Positions 10,036 through 20,593 of a DNA stretch of 64,000 nt are shown piece after piece. Position 1 is the first letter of the stretch; each line of letters begins with the position of its first letter. Both the position numbers and the translations under genes were made by a program. Source of the stretch: Paramoeba atlantica (taxonomy: Eukaryota > Protista > Discosea); contig CDRNVI010000003.1 of NCBI GenBank assembly GCA_977017575.1, positions 124,001 through 188,000 of the forward strand, in the 5' to 3' direction. The notes beneath the pieces are model-generated. The model ran no database searches and was not told the DNA's origin. It worked only from the letters and a program-made list of their open reading frames with translations.

Positions 10036-12318
10036 TCATTCGCTCTTAAAGCTCATGACTGTTGAGGCTAGCGCAGAAGAAACTGCAGAATGGTAGTGAG
10101 GCATGCGATGTATCATGACGTATTCCTCGCTGTCCGTTTCAACACGTTGTGACAAATGTACGTACAAATAACTAAGAAGACTTGAGTAAGTCTCAGGAAA
10201 GTCATTCAAATTTTGCCTTATAACATTTCGACAAGATTGGAACACGTCTGACGTGCGAGTGAAAATTAGGGAAGTAACTTCCTTTGTGGATTCATTTTGT
10301 GAAAGGCTTTTGAGAACGTCGCTAACTGCAGACTGTACATGAATTCGAAGACACACTTCCGACTGAACCTCAAAAACAGAGGTAGTTTCTTGAAAAAGTA
10401 CGTGGATTTCTTGTTTTTTGTCCACAAACTCTTGTTGTTCATCAAAAAGCCAATAAAAATCCGTCTGACGTTCTTGAGCCCTTGTAGTAGAACAAGTATC
10501 CAACAGGTCAAAAATTCGAATTTTTATTTGTGAGAGATATCGCAATGCAATGGATACACATCGTATTATTTCGTAATCTTCATGATTAGAACGAATCTCT
10601 TGTATTCGAATATGTGCTTGTACATGGTCTTGTAGGCTAAGTAAAGAATTTCGCGTGGCCTCAAGCGCAATGTGGCTAAAAACGTTGTAGTGCGCAGAAG
10701 GCAAAAGAGAAGAAAGAAGACATGAGTAATATTCAAAAATAGCGGGAAACATTGCTATTGTCAATTCGTTTGGTGCAGTCTTATCATGCGTATTGTCTAC
10801 CTCCTGAAGCGCGCTGTCAAAAAGCTTTTCTTGGACGTTTGCCATAAGTTGCCGTACATATTGAAAAAGCGATTGAGCAACACAGCGTATACCAACTGGG
10901 TACAACATGAGACCATCACGCATCTTTCGTAGATCTTCCGTTATCAAACACAAGGAATCAAAGTCCGTGAGTGTGTGCCACCTACTTCCGACGATTTGTG
11001 CTTCATTACAAATTAAAGACTGCATTAATTCGTTGAAGTGCGCTTTCATAAACCATTTGGCGGCATGGCTTCCGACTTCAATAGTTCCTGCGAGTTGGCA
11101 ATACTCGGACAGCAAAATGGCCATAAGGATAATAAAAACGTAGTTAACTTCCCCTTTGACCTCACTTCGGGGAGCACATGCACTTTGTTCAATCAGAGAT
11201 GTGCAAAAAGGCTTTAAAAGCTTAAGCCGTGTGCTTGTATACACTTCAACCAATTCATTTAGAGTACGTGTCTCTCTACTATCAGAACTACCCACATAAA
11301 TGGAAACCTTGTTATACCGATTGCAAACGAAGTTTAAGACTTCCAAGCCCCCACATTGCCTTTCCCACTCAGCATTTAATTTGTAAAATTCTTTCAACAA
11401 TAGATCGAATTGCGGCAGAAAATGAGTTAAAGCTTCGACGGAACTAATGTCGTTCTTGATAGATTCACTTTGAATTTGTTCGAAGCCAAGAAGTTGTGGA
11501 ATATATATCAGGGTGCTCAAAGGAACGTAGTTTAACTTGTCGTAAAAAACTTTCGCATGATTACTTAGTTCTGTAAGAATTTCCGTGGTAAATGTTATGC
11601 GTAGAAATTTACGGGTAGATGCATCCAACGGTTGAAATAAAGAAGATTGAGCATGCTGATAAAAGTGTTGTTTTCTCTCGGAAATATTCTTCAAGCATGT
11701 TCGAGCTAAAGGCATGGATGGCGCGCGACACATAACTTCCTCAGCTTCGTCTAAAAATCCGATAAATTCACAATCGACATCTATCTGAAACATTTCGCTT
11801 TTTCGCTTATCCCATTCTTCTAATCGAGAAAGAATTCTAAGTATTTCTTCGCATACTTGTATTTCTTTTGTTAGATTGACCTTTTCGATAAGAAAGTGTT
11901 GCATTTCGGAGGAAAAAGACGCCTTTTGTTGTAGAGATGCAAGCTTGCTCGTTATTTCAGCGCACCACGTCTGCATACGAAAAAGTTGATTAGATTCACA
12001 TTCGACATCATCTCGAGTTGACTTGCATGTGCCTTTCTCAGAGCTAACGTCCTTGGTCTGTTCACATCCCACATAGACAGGCATTACTCCACTCAAATTA
12101 GTGCCTAAATTCTTAGTTACCGCCTTGGGTAGGTTGGATTCTGATTTATCTCTTGCATGTTGCCTCTCTGTTATCGATAAGCATTCGTTTCCCTTTTCTA
12201 TGGGAACGCAGTCGATTACACTCGATGAGGTATTGAGACGAGCTGCATTGTGCACACGTTGGACCATTGCTTGCGCAGCTTCACTTTTCAACGCTTCGTT
12301 CTCCATACAATAGACCAT
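10036..12318 (-). CDS. CATCHR tether, Vps52 (GARP)-like
   Basis: EIQVCEEILRIL resembles Vps52 I..CD.iL..me; DFDSLCLITE...DKTAPNELTIAMFPAIFEYYSCLL resembles the Vps52 D.i.l..i / d..Ph.it..y..f.s.l region. Confidence 0.45.
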   Translation of the reverse strand: MVYCMENEALKSEAAQAMVQRVHNAARLNTSSSVIDCVPIEKGNECLSITERQHARDKSESNLPKAVTKNLGTNLSGVMPVYVGCEQTKDVSSEKGTCKSTRDDVECESNQLFRMQTWCAEITSKLASLQQKASFSSEMQHFLIEKVNLTKEIQVCEEILRILSRLEEWDKRKSEMFQIDVDCEFIGFLDEAEEVMCRAPSMPLARTCLKNISERKQHFYQHAQSSLFQPLDASTRKFLRITFTTEILTELSNHAKVFYDKLNYVPLSTLIYIPQLLGFEQIQSESIKNDISSVEALTHFLPQFDLLLKEFYKLNAEWERQCGGLEVLNFVCNRYNKVSIYVGSSDSRETRTLNELVEVYTSTRLKLLKPFCTSLIEQSACAPRSEVKGEVNYVFIILMAILLSEYCQLAGTIEVGSHAAKWFMKAHFNELMQSLICNEAQIVGSRWHTLTDFDSLCLITEDLRKMRDGLMLYPVGIRCVAQSLFQYVRQLMANVQEKLFDSALQEVDNTHDKTAPNELTIAMFPAIFEYYSCLLSSLLPSAHYNVFSHIALEATRNSLLSLQDHVQAHIRIQEIRSNHEDYEIIRCVSIALRYLSQIKIRIFDLLDTCSTTRAQERQTDFYWLFDEQQEFVDKKQEIHVLFQETTSVFEVQSEVCLRIHVQSAVSDVLKSLSQNESTKEVTSLIFTRTSDVFQSCRNVIRQNLNDFPETYSSLLSYLYVHLSQRVETDSEEYVMIHRMPHYHSAVSSALASTVMSFKSE

Positions 12319-12571
12319 CCGCTTCCACTATCACAGAAACATCATAAAAAACTAGAAAAAACGACCTACTAGAAACTTACACGCCTCCTTTACATTTATG
12401 CATGCATAGATGAGATGATACGGGTGGCGAGGTTACTGTACAATCCCTATATTGTGCTGCTCATTACCTTTTTGCTACGGATTATCTCTATGCACAGCGT
12501 ACAGTATTTGTTAAATCCTTGGTACCCCGTTGTCAGAGGCTCTAAACCCTCTAAAAAACTCCTCTACCCCT

Positions 12572-13594
12572 TCACCGTCCATACGGAAATGTCTCACACT
12601 CCGCATCTGTCCTTGACGGCTCACGGTAAAACAAATGCCGAAACCGTACACGGTTCGCATTTTCCTCGTGAATCGTCAACGGTTTGTGCGTCAAATCGGA
12701 GGAGGCGTCCGTGGTGGCTATAATTTGATTCGAGTACACCGGATGACTCACCGTCGGGTGTGCTGTGTTTAATCCACATTTATTCACGCGCAGGGTTCTA
12801 TTATTCACTGGAGCCCCGTTCTCAGCTCTCCAAACCCGATCTGCACGTGCAACATATTCTGCTATTTTTTGTAACATCAATTCCGCAATACAGGACATTA
12901 ATGCGTATTGCGAAAGCGCACAAATATCCGCATTCGGGGAAATTCTCCCGGCTCTCCTCACCGACGTGTAATACAACTCCCCCATCAGTGCCTTTAACAC
13001 ATTATGTGGTTTGGTTTTGGTTTTCATCTCCACATCCTCCATGAGCTTATTTACCGCAATCGCGTAATAACAAGACTCGTAGTTATACGTGTCACAAATC
13101 ATTTGTACTAAATCACTTAAATAACCACAATCATAGCCAGGAAATATAGTCATCAGCAACCGCATCACATGCAGCGGGGCATAGTGACTTCCTTTAATCA
13201 TGGAAGCGTTGCCGAGGGATTGCGTGACATTAAAAGTATCTCGAAAAACCCCAGCGTCTCGTAACACACACAAAGAAGCATACAGCCGAGCTTTATGCGT
13301 TACATCATCTTTTTGAGCATTCGCAGCGAATAAAGAGGGAAAGGAGGACACGGAGGGGAGCCGGAAAGCATCATAAATCATCCCACGTGGGTTCCACATC
13401 CGTAGCGGTTGCTGGGAGATCGCGTCGTAGAACATCTCGAGACAGCGGTGGTCACGGAACCGACCGCTGACGTGCTCGGCCCAGTTGGAGAAGGGCTCGG
13501 TGCAGAGCGAACACCAGCCGTCCTGTTTGACCCACGATTTGTCGACTGCGATGGATTTCGCGATATTGTAGGCAGTGGATTTGAGAGAGTTCAT
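12572..13594 (-). CDS. KREPB-type RNA editing catalytic complex protein (U1-like zinc finger + degenerate RNase III)
   Basis: WCSLCTEPFSNWAEHVSGRFRDHRCLE (C-x2-C-x9-H-x7-H), then IKGSHYAPLHVMRLLMTIFP and KPHNVLKALMGELY at the positions of the two RNase III motifs, without catalytic acids. ATG at 13594 follows a pyrimidine tract. Confidence 0.65.
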   Translation of the reverse strand: MNSLKSTAYNIAKSIAVDKSWVKQDGWCSLCTEPFSNWAEHVSGRFRDHRCLEMFYDAISQQPLRMWNPRGMIYDAFRLPSVSSFPSLFAANAQKDDVTHKARLYASLCVLRDAGVFRDTFNVTQSLGNASMIKGSHYAPLHVMRLLMTIFPGYDCGYLSDLVQMICDTYNYESCYYAIAVNKLMEDVEMKTKTKPHNVLKALMGELYYTSVRRAGRISPNADICALSQYALMSCIAELMLQKIAEYVARADRVWRAENGAPVNNRTLRVNKCGLNTAHPTVSHPVYSNQIIATTDASSDLTHKPLTIHEENANRVRFRHLFYREPSRTDAECETFPYGR

Positions 13595-14120
13595 GGAGAG
13601 GGGAAGAGGGGGGTGGGCATGGGATGAGCTGGTGGTAAAATAAAGAAGAAACGGATTTGTTTTTAAGTTCAAGGTGTGAAGAGTAAGGATTAGTGCAGTT
13701 TTTAAAGAAATGCGACAAAAAAAGTGACAGAAAATAAAATGAAATAGGGTATATGATGAAATAGAATAGGGTACAGAATAGAGCAGGGTACATGATAAAT
13801 AAATAACACCATGCGTAAAAAATTCAAGAACAAGTCTAGAATAGAGTCATAAAAATGGAACATACAATGTATTCATTCTTTCATATGGTTTCTTCACCTA
13901 AGATGTACATGCACAGTTGATTGTTTTTTTCCATTGTTCTATCCACGGTTACGATGAAGACATCATCCAAACACCTAAAATAATTTACAAATGAACGTAG
14001 TAACAAATAAAAATGTGAATTGTAGTACACTTGGGATCGTCTTCCTTTACTGTTCACATCGAAAAAACAAAAAAATTTAAACCTTTTTTAAAGTCCGCAA
14101 CCAAAGCCTACGCAGGAACA

Positions 14121-15299
14121 TCACCCACTCGTTGACTTCGAACCCTCCAACAACTTGTTTTTCCGCTCCTGCAACACCTTCTGGCTGTGTGCCTCTACTT
14201 GATCCCGCAGCGGCCCGTTTTCAAACTCCAACCGACGCAGAAACAAATCCCGACCCCACCACTTCAAATGATCAAAATCATTTTCCTCCAGCTCTGCCAC
14301 ATTTCCCTCCAAGAACGCGGGCTCGTTGTAGTACCCCATACAATACGCCAGCGTAGTAAACATATTCGGGTGGTACGTCGAGTCCAGAAACTTCTCCCCT
14401 CCCAGGAACGTGTGATAATCCCGTACCCGCCGCAACACCTCCTCATGGGTCAAATTCTTATCCACGGGAGCAAGAAACCGACGCCAGGCGTAATCAAACA
14501 ACCCCTCCTCGGTCATCTTCTCCAACGCGCCGGGTTGCATCACCATATAATCCTCATTAAACACCAGCTCCCAGTAATCCCGAATCCGTCCCTGGGCACA
14601 TAACAACCCAAAAAGCGGATACGAGGGCAACCCCATCGCTCGCACAATCAACCTCCCCTGGAGCCTCCTGAACCGGTGAAACGACAGCACCGACTCATAC
14701 ATCTCCGCCACCCCCCGACAAGCCACCGGGTCTCTCCACACATCATTCTTCTCCAGCAACGTCTCCCAGGCCTTCCCCAGATGCGGAGGCACCGGCAACG
14801 CCTTTTCATAGTTCCACCGGTAATCCACCAGCATCGCGGGGATAAACCGGTACCGGTACAAATCCTGTGCCGCTCTCCACGACCGCAGCCGCCCCGCCTC
14901 CCCGTCCCCCCCCAACGCGGGCATCCACGTGTCGTTCGCGAACCACAGCGGCCACAGCAACACCCCCCACCCCCCGGTACACAGTGTCGCCCACAACGGG
15001 TGCGCCACCTTTAACAGGTCGAACCGGAGACGCGCGTACTGCGCGAGCTGCGGTTGGGATACGACCGAGTGCAGAGCTTTGTCGATGAAAAAGTTAGGCC
15101 GCCCGAGCCGTCGCCTCCAGTAGATCGGGAGCCACATCTCCTTTTGGTCGACGTAGGACGGGGGGGCGAGTGTGTTGGCGCGGGACCGGAGGGTGGAGTA
15201 GAGGGAGAGCGCGGGGGGGAGGGCGCGGAGGAGGGCGAGGGCGGTGGAGGGGAGGCCGCGGAGGTTGCGGGAGAGGGTGGGGAGGGCGCTGGAGGACAT
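14121..15299 (-). CDS. LETM1-domain mitochondrial inner-membrane protein
   Basis: N-terminal presequence-like MSSSALPTLSRNLRGL, TM segment GGWGVLLWPLWF, LETM1-RBD-like LIVRAMGL..RIRDYWELVFNEDYMVMQPGALEKMTEEGLFDYAWRR. ORF-track start 15437 runs through a pyrimidine tract, so the M at 15299 is preferred. Confidence 0.65.
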   Translation of the reverse strand: MSSSALPTLSRNLRGLPSTALALLRALPPALSLYSTLRSRANTLAPPSYVDQKEMWLPIYWRRRLGRPNFFIDKALHSVVSQPQLAQYARLRFDLLKVAHPLWATLCTGGWGVLLWPLWFANDTWMPALGGDGEAGRLRSWRAAQDLYRYRFIPAMLVDYRWNYEKALPVPPHLGKAWETLLEKNDVWRDPVACRGVAEMYESVLSFHRFRRLQGRLIVRAMGLPSYPLFGLLCAQGRIRDYWELVFNEDYMVMQPGALEKMTEEGLFDYAWRRFLAPVDKNLTHEEVLRRVRDYHTFLGGEKFLDSTYHPNMFTTLAYCMGYYNEPAFLEGNVAELEENDFDHLKWWGRDLFLRRLEFENGPLRDQVEAHSQKVLQERKNKLLEGSKSTSG

Positions 15300-15948
15300 G
15301 GTGGGGGTGGTGGGGGAGAAAAGGGAGGAGGGAAAGTTTTTTTTTGGTGTGTAGGGAGAGAAAAGGATGAGGGTGAGGTGTGGGAGGAGGAGGAGGTAAG
15401 GATATACATTTTTTTGATCAAATTGTTTTTGGGTCACCCTAAAGATTTCGAAGTTGTTCCTCTTTATAAAGTTCCTCTTATTTTCACTGTTTTTTCAATA
15501 ATCAAGGGCAGAGAGGTTACCGTCAAAGTACTTATTAACAATAATAATAATTAACGGAATGTTCTTTTGTGCAGAAATTTTTCCGTTAATTATTATTCCA
15601 ATGATTTTTACTAAATTTCTATAAAACTTTAAGCGTCAAGAGAAGCGTTCTGCTGATACGTCTTAATCGATTCATCTTTTCGCGGTAACGTCGCTTTTTT
15701 CTTCACGAGAGAAATACTTCGAATTTTGTTGATGAACAGACCGCCCACGGACTAAAATGTTTGGGAAGATTTTGGTGAAAATCAAAAAAAAAAAATTATT
15801 CCGTTAATTTTTACTCCAATGATTTTTATTCTGTTAATAAGTACTTTGACGGTATACTACCACCGTAATTATGAATACATACAGTATTTCAGATATCCAA
15901 AGATAAATTCATAATGACTTATGCGAGTACTTCCCCACTATATCCCCC

Positions 15949-17133
15949 CTACCCCACTTCCCTCCCCCAGGGCTGTATCTCCGACAGCGGAACATGTACA
16001 ACAAACTCAAAATGGTGATTGAGCGGTCGTGTGTTTCGCAGTCGGTCCAGCGCATGTCCGGGGGACTCGATGGCATAGAACACACGGCGGACTCTAGAGT
16101 GTGTCGCGGCCATGGCACACAACATACAGGGCTCGTGTGTGGTGTAGAGGTCACACCCGGTGCAAAGGTAATGATTATGTGTGTCCCTGATCTGCTCATT
16201 CGCAAGGTGAAGAGCACGAAACACGGGGTGGGAAAGCACTTCACACCTTTTAGTGTGAACATCCTTTGAGAAGTCCGTATTCCCCGCGAAGGGATCTAAT
16301 AGGCTGGTATTCCCCTCAAGGGGAACTTGAGGGGAATCAATAAAATGGGGAATCTGTGTATCCGATGTAGGTGAAAAACCGTACAGCGCGGCGTGAGGGC
16401 TACGCGCTGGGAGCTCGCAGAGTGGGGAGGATACGATTTTGCGCCGTATGGGGTCGAAAAGGAGACACCCGATGGGGAGGTAACTGTTGTGTTGGACCGA
16501 CTGTGTTCCTAGTTGAAAGGCTGTCCGCATTAGCTCGAGGACTTCATGTCTTGAAATGTCTCGTAAAGGGCGTTGTGGGTCCACACAACGTGGAGTGCTC
16601 AAAGGCCACACGTTGTTGTACTGATCCCATTCCTCTGGGGTAAGAGGTGGTAATCGAGACACGTACCCTGTGAGGACGGGATGCTCCTTGCTCACTTCGT
16701 TGAATAAATCCAGTATTTGGATAGGGCAAAGAGACGGAGACACTTTCTCATCAGCAACATTAGGTTTTAGCTGGACGAGATCATCGATTCGAGAAAAAAG
16801 AACAAGTTTTATCGCTTTGGATGAGGGGTGTGGTCGGATACGCTTTACATGGCTCAGCGAAAGCCTCTCGAGGGGAAGAAAATCGTGTAGGTTGGAATAT
16901 AGCACGCTCACAATTTTATTTGGGACACATAAAATAATAACCTTTTGAACTAAGCTGCTGTCAGAGCCTTCAATCCAGTGACGGATTTCCGTGCTCCTTT
17001 TAAGACACAGGGGACGTAATTCTGTTGCATTTTCTTGAGTTTGCGACGTGGAAAACAGTTTCGATCTGTATCCTATGATATGCATATTGGTGAAAAAGGA
17101 ATGTACGGCTTCAAGTAAGCAGCGTGCCTGCAC
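15949..17133 (-). CDS. ADAT3: tRNA adenosine-34 deaminase non-catalytic subunit
   Basis: HPV (pseudo-active site) plus YLCTGCDLYTTHEPCMLCAMAATHSRVRRVFY and LNHHFEF; N-terminal FLPLERLSLSHVKRIR is typical of Tad3. Confidence 0.88.
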   Translation of the reverse strand: MQARCLLEAVHSFFTNMHIIGYRSKLFSTSQTQENATELRPLCLKRSTEIRHWIEGSDSSLVQKVIILCVPNKIVSVLYSNLHDFLPLERLSLSHVKRIRPHPSSKAIKLVLFSRIDDLVQLKPNVADEKVSPSLCPIQILDLFNEVSKEHPVLTGYVSRLPPLTPEEWDQYNNVWPLSTPRCVDPQRPLRDISRHEVLELMRTAFQLGTQSVQHNSYLPIGCLLFDPIRRKIVSSPLCELPARSPHAALYGFSPTSDTQIPHFIDSPQVPLEGNTSLLDPFAGNTDFSKDVHTKRCEVLSHPVFRALHLANEQIRDTHNHYLCTGCDLYTTHEPCMLCAMAATHSRVRRVFYAIESPGHALDRLRNTRPLNHHFEFVVHVPLSEIQPWGREVG

Positions 17134-17295
17134 TTACTCGAAAACAAATTGCTACGGGAACATGTTTAGCCCTATCCGTACAAAATAATAAGTACTCTCT
17201 CTATCTCTCATTAATATTTATTAAATTATCGTTCATAAAAAAAATGAGGTATGTTTATAAAACTAATAATCCTTCTTTTTCGTGCATAAGAAAAG

Positions 17296-17643
17296 GGGGC
17301 CCGGTTTAGCATACCCCCGGTATGGTACGAGGTCACAGATATGGTAGCAGGTCACAGGTATGGTAAGTGTTTTGGTTACAATGTTAAAAAAGTGATTACC
17401 AGCAAAAAGTAGGAGTTAATAATATCACCAGTAAAAATCATAGAAGTGAAAAAAAACGCGATAAAGAGTAAAGAAAACAAACGAATAAGGCTCTATAGAG
17501 TTATAATACAGTATACGTGTGCCACCTCGAAGAAGAAGTCGACATCACACCTTCCCTGCCTGAAAAACCAGGGGGGGGTATAATATGGACCTTGAGTCCT
17601 CGACGGTATGGCACGAGGTCACAGGTATGCTAAACCGGACCCC
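17296..17643. mobile_element. MITE-like element with 20-bp TIRs GGGG(C/T)CCGGTTTAGCATACC
   Basis: 17296-17315 vs reverse complement of 17624-17643 match 19/20; internal GGTATGG..CGAGGTCACAG subterminal repeats; no TSD seen. Confidence 0.7.
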
Positions 17644-17710
17644 GCACAAACTAGTAGGTTTACCAGTAGAAAAGTGGTATACATAAGGTTTTGAGTCCCA
17701 ACTGTTCCCA

Positions 17711-18406
17711 TCATTTTTCTACTATTCCAGTCCCTTCCCAGTCGTATCGCTTCAGAAATGATTTCACGCTTTCTGTAGCAACACCCCTAATATTAGGATT
17801 CTTTTGTATAAACAGGCCACTAAGAGTTTTAGGAAAGCGCGAAAAATCAATTTCGGTGTCAAAGTCGTTTCCATCCAAGTAAAGAGATTCCATTTTTTCG
17901 GGCAAGCTGTAAAAATCTAATGATCCCGTACACTTGTTGTTCGAAATAGCAAAGAAATACAACTCCGGTGGAAAATTGGTTAAATTTATCTCCGACGAGA
18001 AGGAATTATCCGAGAGATCCATCATTCCCAGAAAAAGAGGCAGTTTATTTAACTTGATCGACCCGGAAAGTTCGTTCCTACTTACATCAAATCTTTCTAG
18101 TCCCGAAGGGAGACATGTCAGATCAAGGGACCCTTCTAGTTGATTGGAATAAATTGTTAAGATCGTTAAATGTGAAGGCAAATAATTCCAGCATGCCTCA
18201 CCAGAAATACGACGTTGACACCACTGAAGTTGGAAAATGCGTTCGTCTTCATCACATTTCACGCCACTCCAATTACAAGCACTTGTACTTGTGTTCCATG
18301 AGTTATGTACATTATGCATGTTACGTGTGAACTGTGCGAGTTCGTACTCTTGTGGCATTACTATCCCACGTGTCTTTCCCGGACGAGAAATACAAGTGCG
18401 ATTCAT
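17711..18406 (-). CDS. Leucine-rich repeat protein (member 3)
   Basis: RPGKTRGIVMPQEY leader, ACNWSGVKC cap, LRRs. Confidence 0.9.
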   Translation of the reverse strand: MNRTCISRPGKTRGIVMPQEYELAQFTRNMHNVHNSWNTSTSACNWSGVKCDEDERIFQLQWCQRRISGEACWNYLPSHLTILTIYSNQLEGSLDLTCLPSGLERFDVSRNELSGSIKLNKLPLFLGMMDLSDNSFSSEINLTNFPPELYFFAISNNKCTGSLDFYSLPEKMESLYLDGNDFDTEIDFSRFPKTLSGLFIQKNPNIRGVATESVKSFLKRYDWEGTGIVEK

Positions 18407-18489
18407 GGTCGAACTAGGACTTAGAAATAAAGATTGAACGAGGAAAATTTACGATAGTATGCAAAACGAAAAAAATATGTATTGTGACA

Positions 18490-18965
18490 TTGCGGTGGTT
18501 GTAAAACTACCGCTCTACACTCGATTATTGAAAAAAAAGTGAACAAAAACAGTGAAAATATAAAGAGGAACACAGTAATATAATAGAAGAAAAAAATATA
18601 AAAGGGGGCTCCGGTGGTCCAAAACTGAAAAAAAAATTTGAAAAAAATGGGGGGTCCATGGGGGGGGTCCAGGGGGGGGGTCCAGGGGGGGGGTCCAGGG
18701 GGGGGGGGCATGGTCGATCAAATTTTTTCGAAAAAATTAGTTTTCGAAAAAAAACTGCAGAAAGGGTAGCCGGGGTCTTGGCGCGCATTTTCCACCCCCC
18801 TACCCGGGGGTAACCCCCCCGCGTATCCGCAGGACGGGTCCGCCAAGTTCGGATTTTTTCGGAAAAAATTTTTTGAAAAAAAATTCAACTTGGCGAAAAA
18901 AATGACAAAAAAAATATTTTTCCAAAATGGTTTCCCCTATTGTATTTTGATAGTTTGGGACCTAC
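18490..18965 (+). repeat. Dispersed non-coding repeat family A, copy 1 (contains a G-tract array)
   Basis: Near-identical to 54114-54540 (e.g. CCGCTCTAC.CTCGATTATTGAAAAAAAAGTGAAC.AAAACAGTGAAAATATAAAGAGGAACACAG); reverse-strand pieces at 29143-29230 and 30034-30080. Confidence 0.8.
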
Positions 18966-19300
18966 ACTAGCTTTCTACGCAGTTGCTTTCGCAAGGTATC
19001 CCTTCTTCTAACCGTGGTGCGCCCCCCAAAATGACCCACTTTTGACTAAAAAAGGTGAAAAAGTATTTTTCGGACCTAAAGGGGCATTTTTGTGTCGAAA
19101 GAATGGTATGGTTGGAGTCGCATTCTCCACCCAATACGTTCGGTAGGCTTCCATTCATACCTACGAGTGATTTCCCACGCGCAAATGTCGGATTTAGTGC
19201 TCTGAGAGCAAAAATATGCGAAAATGACCCCATTTTTACCCGAAATTCGGCTATTTTTGGCTATAATCTTTCCGTTTTCCAGGCTAAATTTTCTTCTTTA

Positions 19301-19395
19301 GGCTCTTCGCTAAACGCGGCGGTAGTTTTCAACGCGAAGCGCGCAGCATGAGTGACTTCTAAGTTGAAAGCAACCACCGCGTTTAACGAAGAGCC
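19301..19395. mobile_element. 95-bp fold-back micro-MITE with TA TSD
   Basis: TA|GGCTCTTCGCTAAACGCGGCGGTAGTTTTCAAC ... GTTGAAAGCAACCACCGCGTTTAACGAAGAGCC|TA. Confidence 0.7.
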
Positions 19396-19416
19396 TAAAT
19401 TATAAACGACGTTATA

Positions 19417-20369
19417 AACCCCTCCGCATCAAAAAGGCACCCCCCTTATTTTTCGCACAAGGGGGCCTAGGGGGGTTATCGCACCACTTTGTCGTGTAAA
19501 ATTTTGAGATCTGCACGTTCTCGCTGTTCTTAGATCTTTTGAAAATAGAAAATGTTAAAAAAATATTGTTTTTGTTTACATGCCAAAAAATACCTATCGA
19601 CTCCCTCAAGGGGGTCTTACTGAAAGCAGGAAAGTGTTATGGCGCATGAGGCATGGTCAATGGGTTGCGTAAAGGCACTTCGCGCGCTAATTTAGTGTTA
19701 AAGTGAAATGTATTCAAAAATATTTAAAGAATAACTCACCTGAAGACACTTACATTATTAGCCCTGAAATCAAAAAAAAGCCAAAAATCGAAAATGTATG
19801 GATAAAAAGCTCTCTAGCCTTTGGACCGAGCAGGGCTTTCTATAAATCATTTAAAATGGGTTCGTTCGCAAGGTTCGCGGAAAAATGAATAAAAAGGGCG
19901 CACGTGGATCCGCAACTGCAATAAATAGAGAACACTGCCAGAGAAACTAAGTCGTATCCTGAAAAACCAAAATTGACACTATTGAAAAATTGGCCACCGG
20001 ACTCCCCTGATTTTCAGCCTTAGAAAGTGTATGGAGTGTGGTGCAAGAGCTTGTCGATGAGTACACTCCTTCAAATAAGGAAGAGCTTATAAAAAAGTGT
20101 ATGTAAAGCAAGGGCTAAATTACCTCAATAACATATTGATGATTCGATGTTGAGCATTGCTTGCCTTGAGGCGTGCGTGGCCAACACCGGGAAAAAGGTG
20201 GCAAAATGGTAATTCTTCTTTGAAATACACGTATTTGTTTCTTTTTGTCTCGTTTCTTCACGTGCAAAGTCTTATCGTTGAGATCTGCAGAATGCAACAA
20301 AAATCAGCTCAAATGGGCATTTTACTGAAAAGTTAAGGGGGGGGGGTGCCTTATTGGTGCGGAGGGGTT
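19417..20369 (+). mobile_element. Defective Tc1-family DNA transposon
   Basis: TIRs AACCCCTCCGCA(T/C)CAA(A/T)AAGGCACCCCC with flanking TA. Internal decayed + strand frames read NTARETKSY, WPPDSPDF (19991) and, after a frameshift, ALESVWSVVQ: the Tc1 WPxxSPDLNPIExxW motif. Confidence 0.8.
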
Positions 20370-20593
20370 TAAGAAAAACCCATTTATCAAATTCAATGAG
20401 AGTGGGAGTACATATTTTATACGAACAAAAGATACTTTTCCTTTCAAAGTGTCCTCCAATTCTTCGATGAAAGTTAGAGCATGTTATACTCAAGCCGAAA
20501 ATAAACCGCGGTCTCGTGTGCCATGAGCCATATCTCAAAATGTATAGCACATTTTGTTATAGCACAACGTTAATTACGAGGTCAAAACCATTC

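Noticed and set aside
14132-15554. Multiple overlapping P/G/R-rich ORFs on both strands
   Set aside because: Shadow frames of the GC-rich LETM1-like gene.
18421-18788. MPPPPGPPPWTPP proline-rich ORFs
   Set aside because: Translation of the G-tract repeat in non-coding family A.
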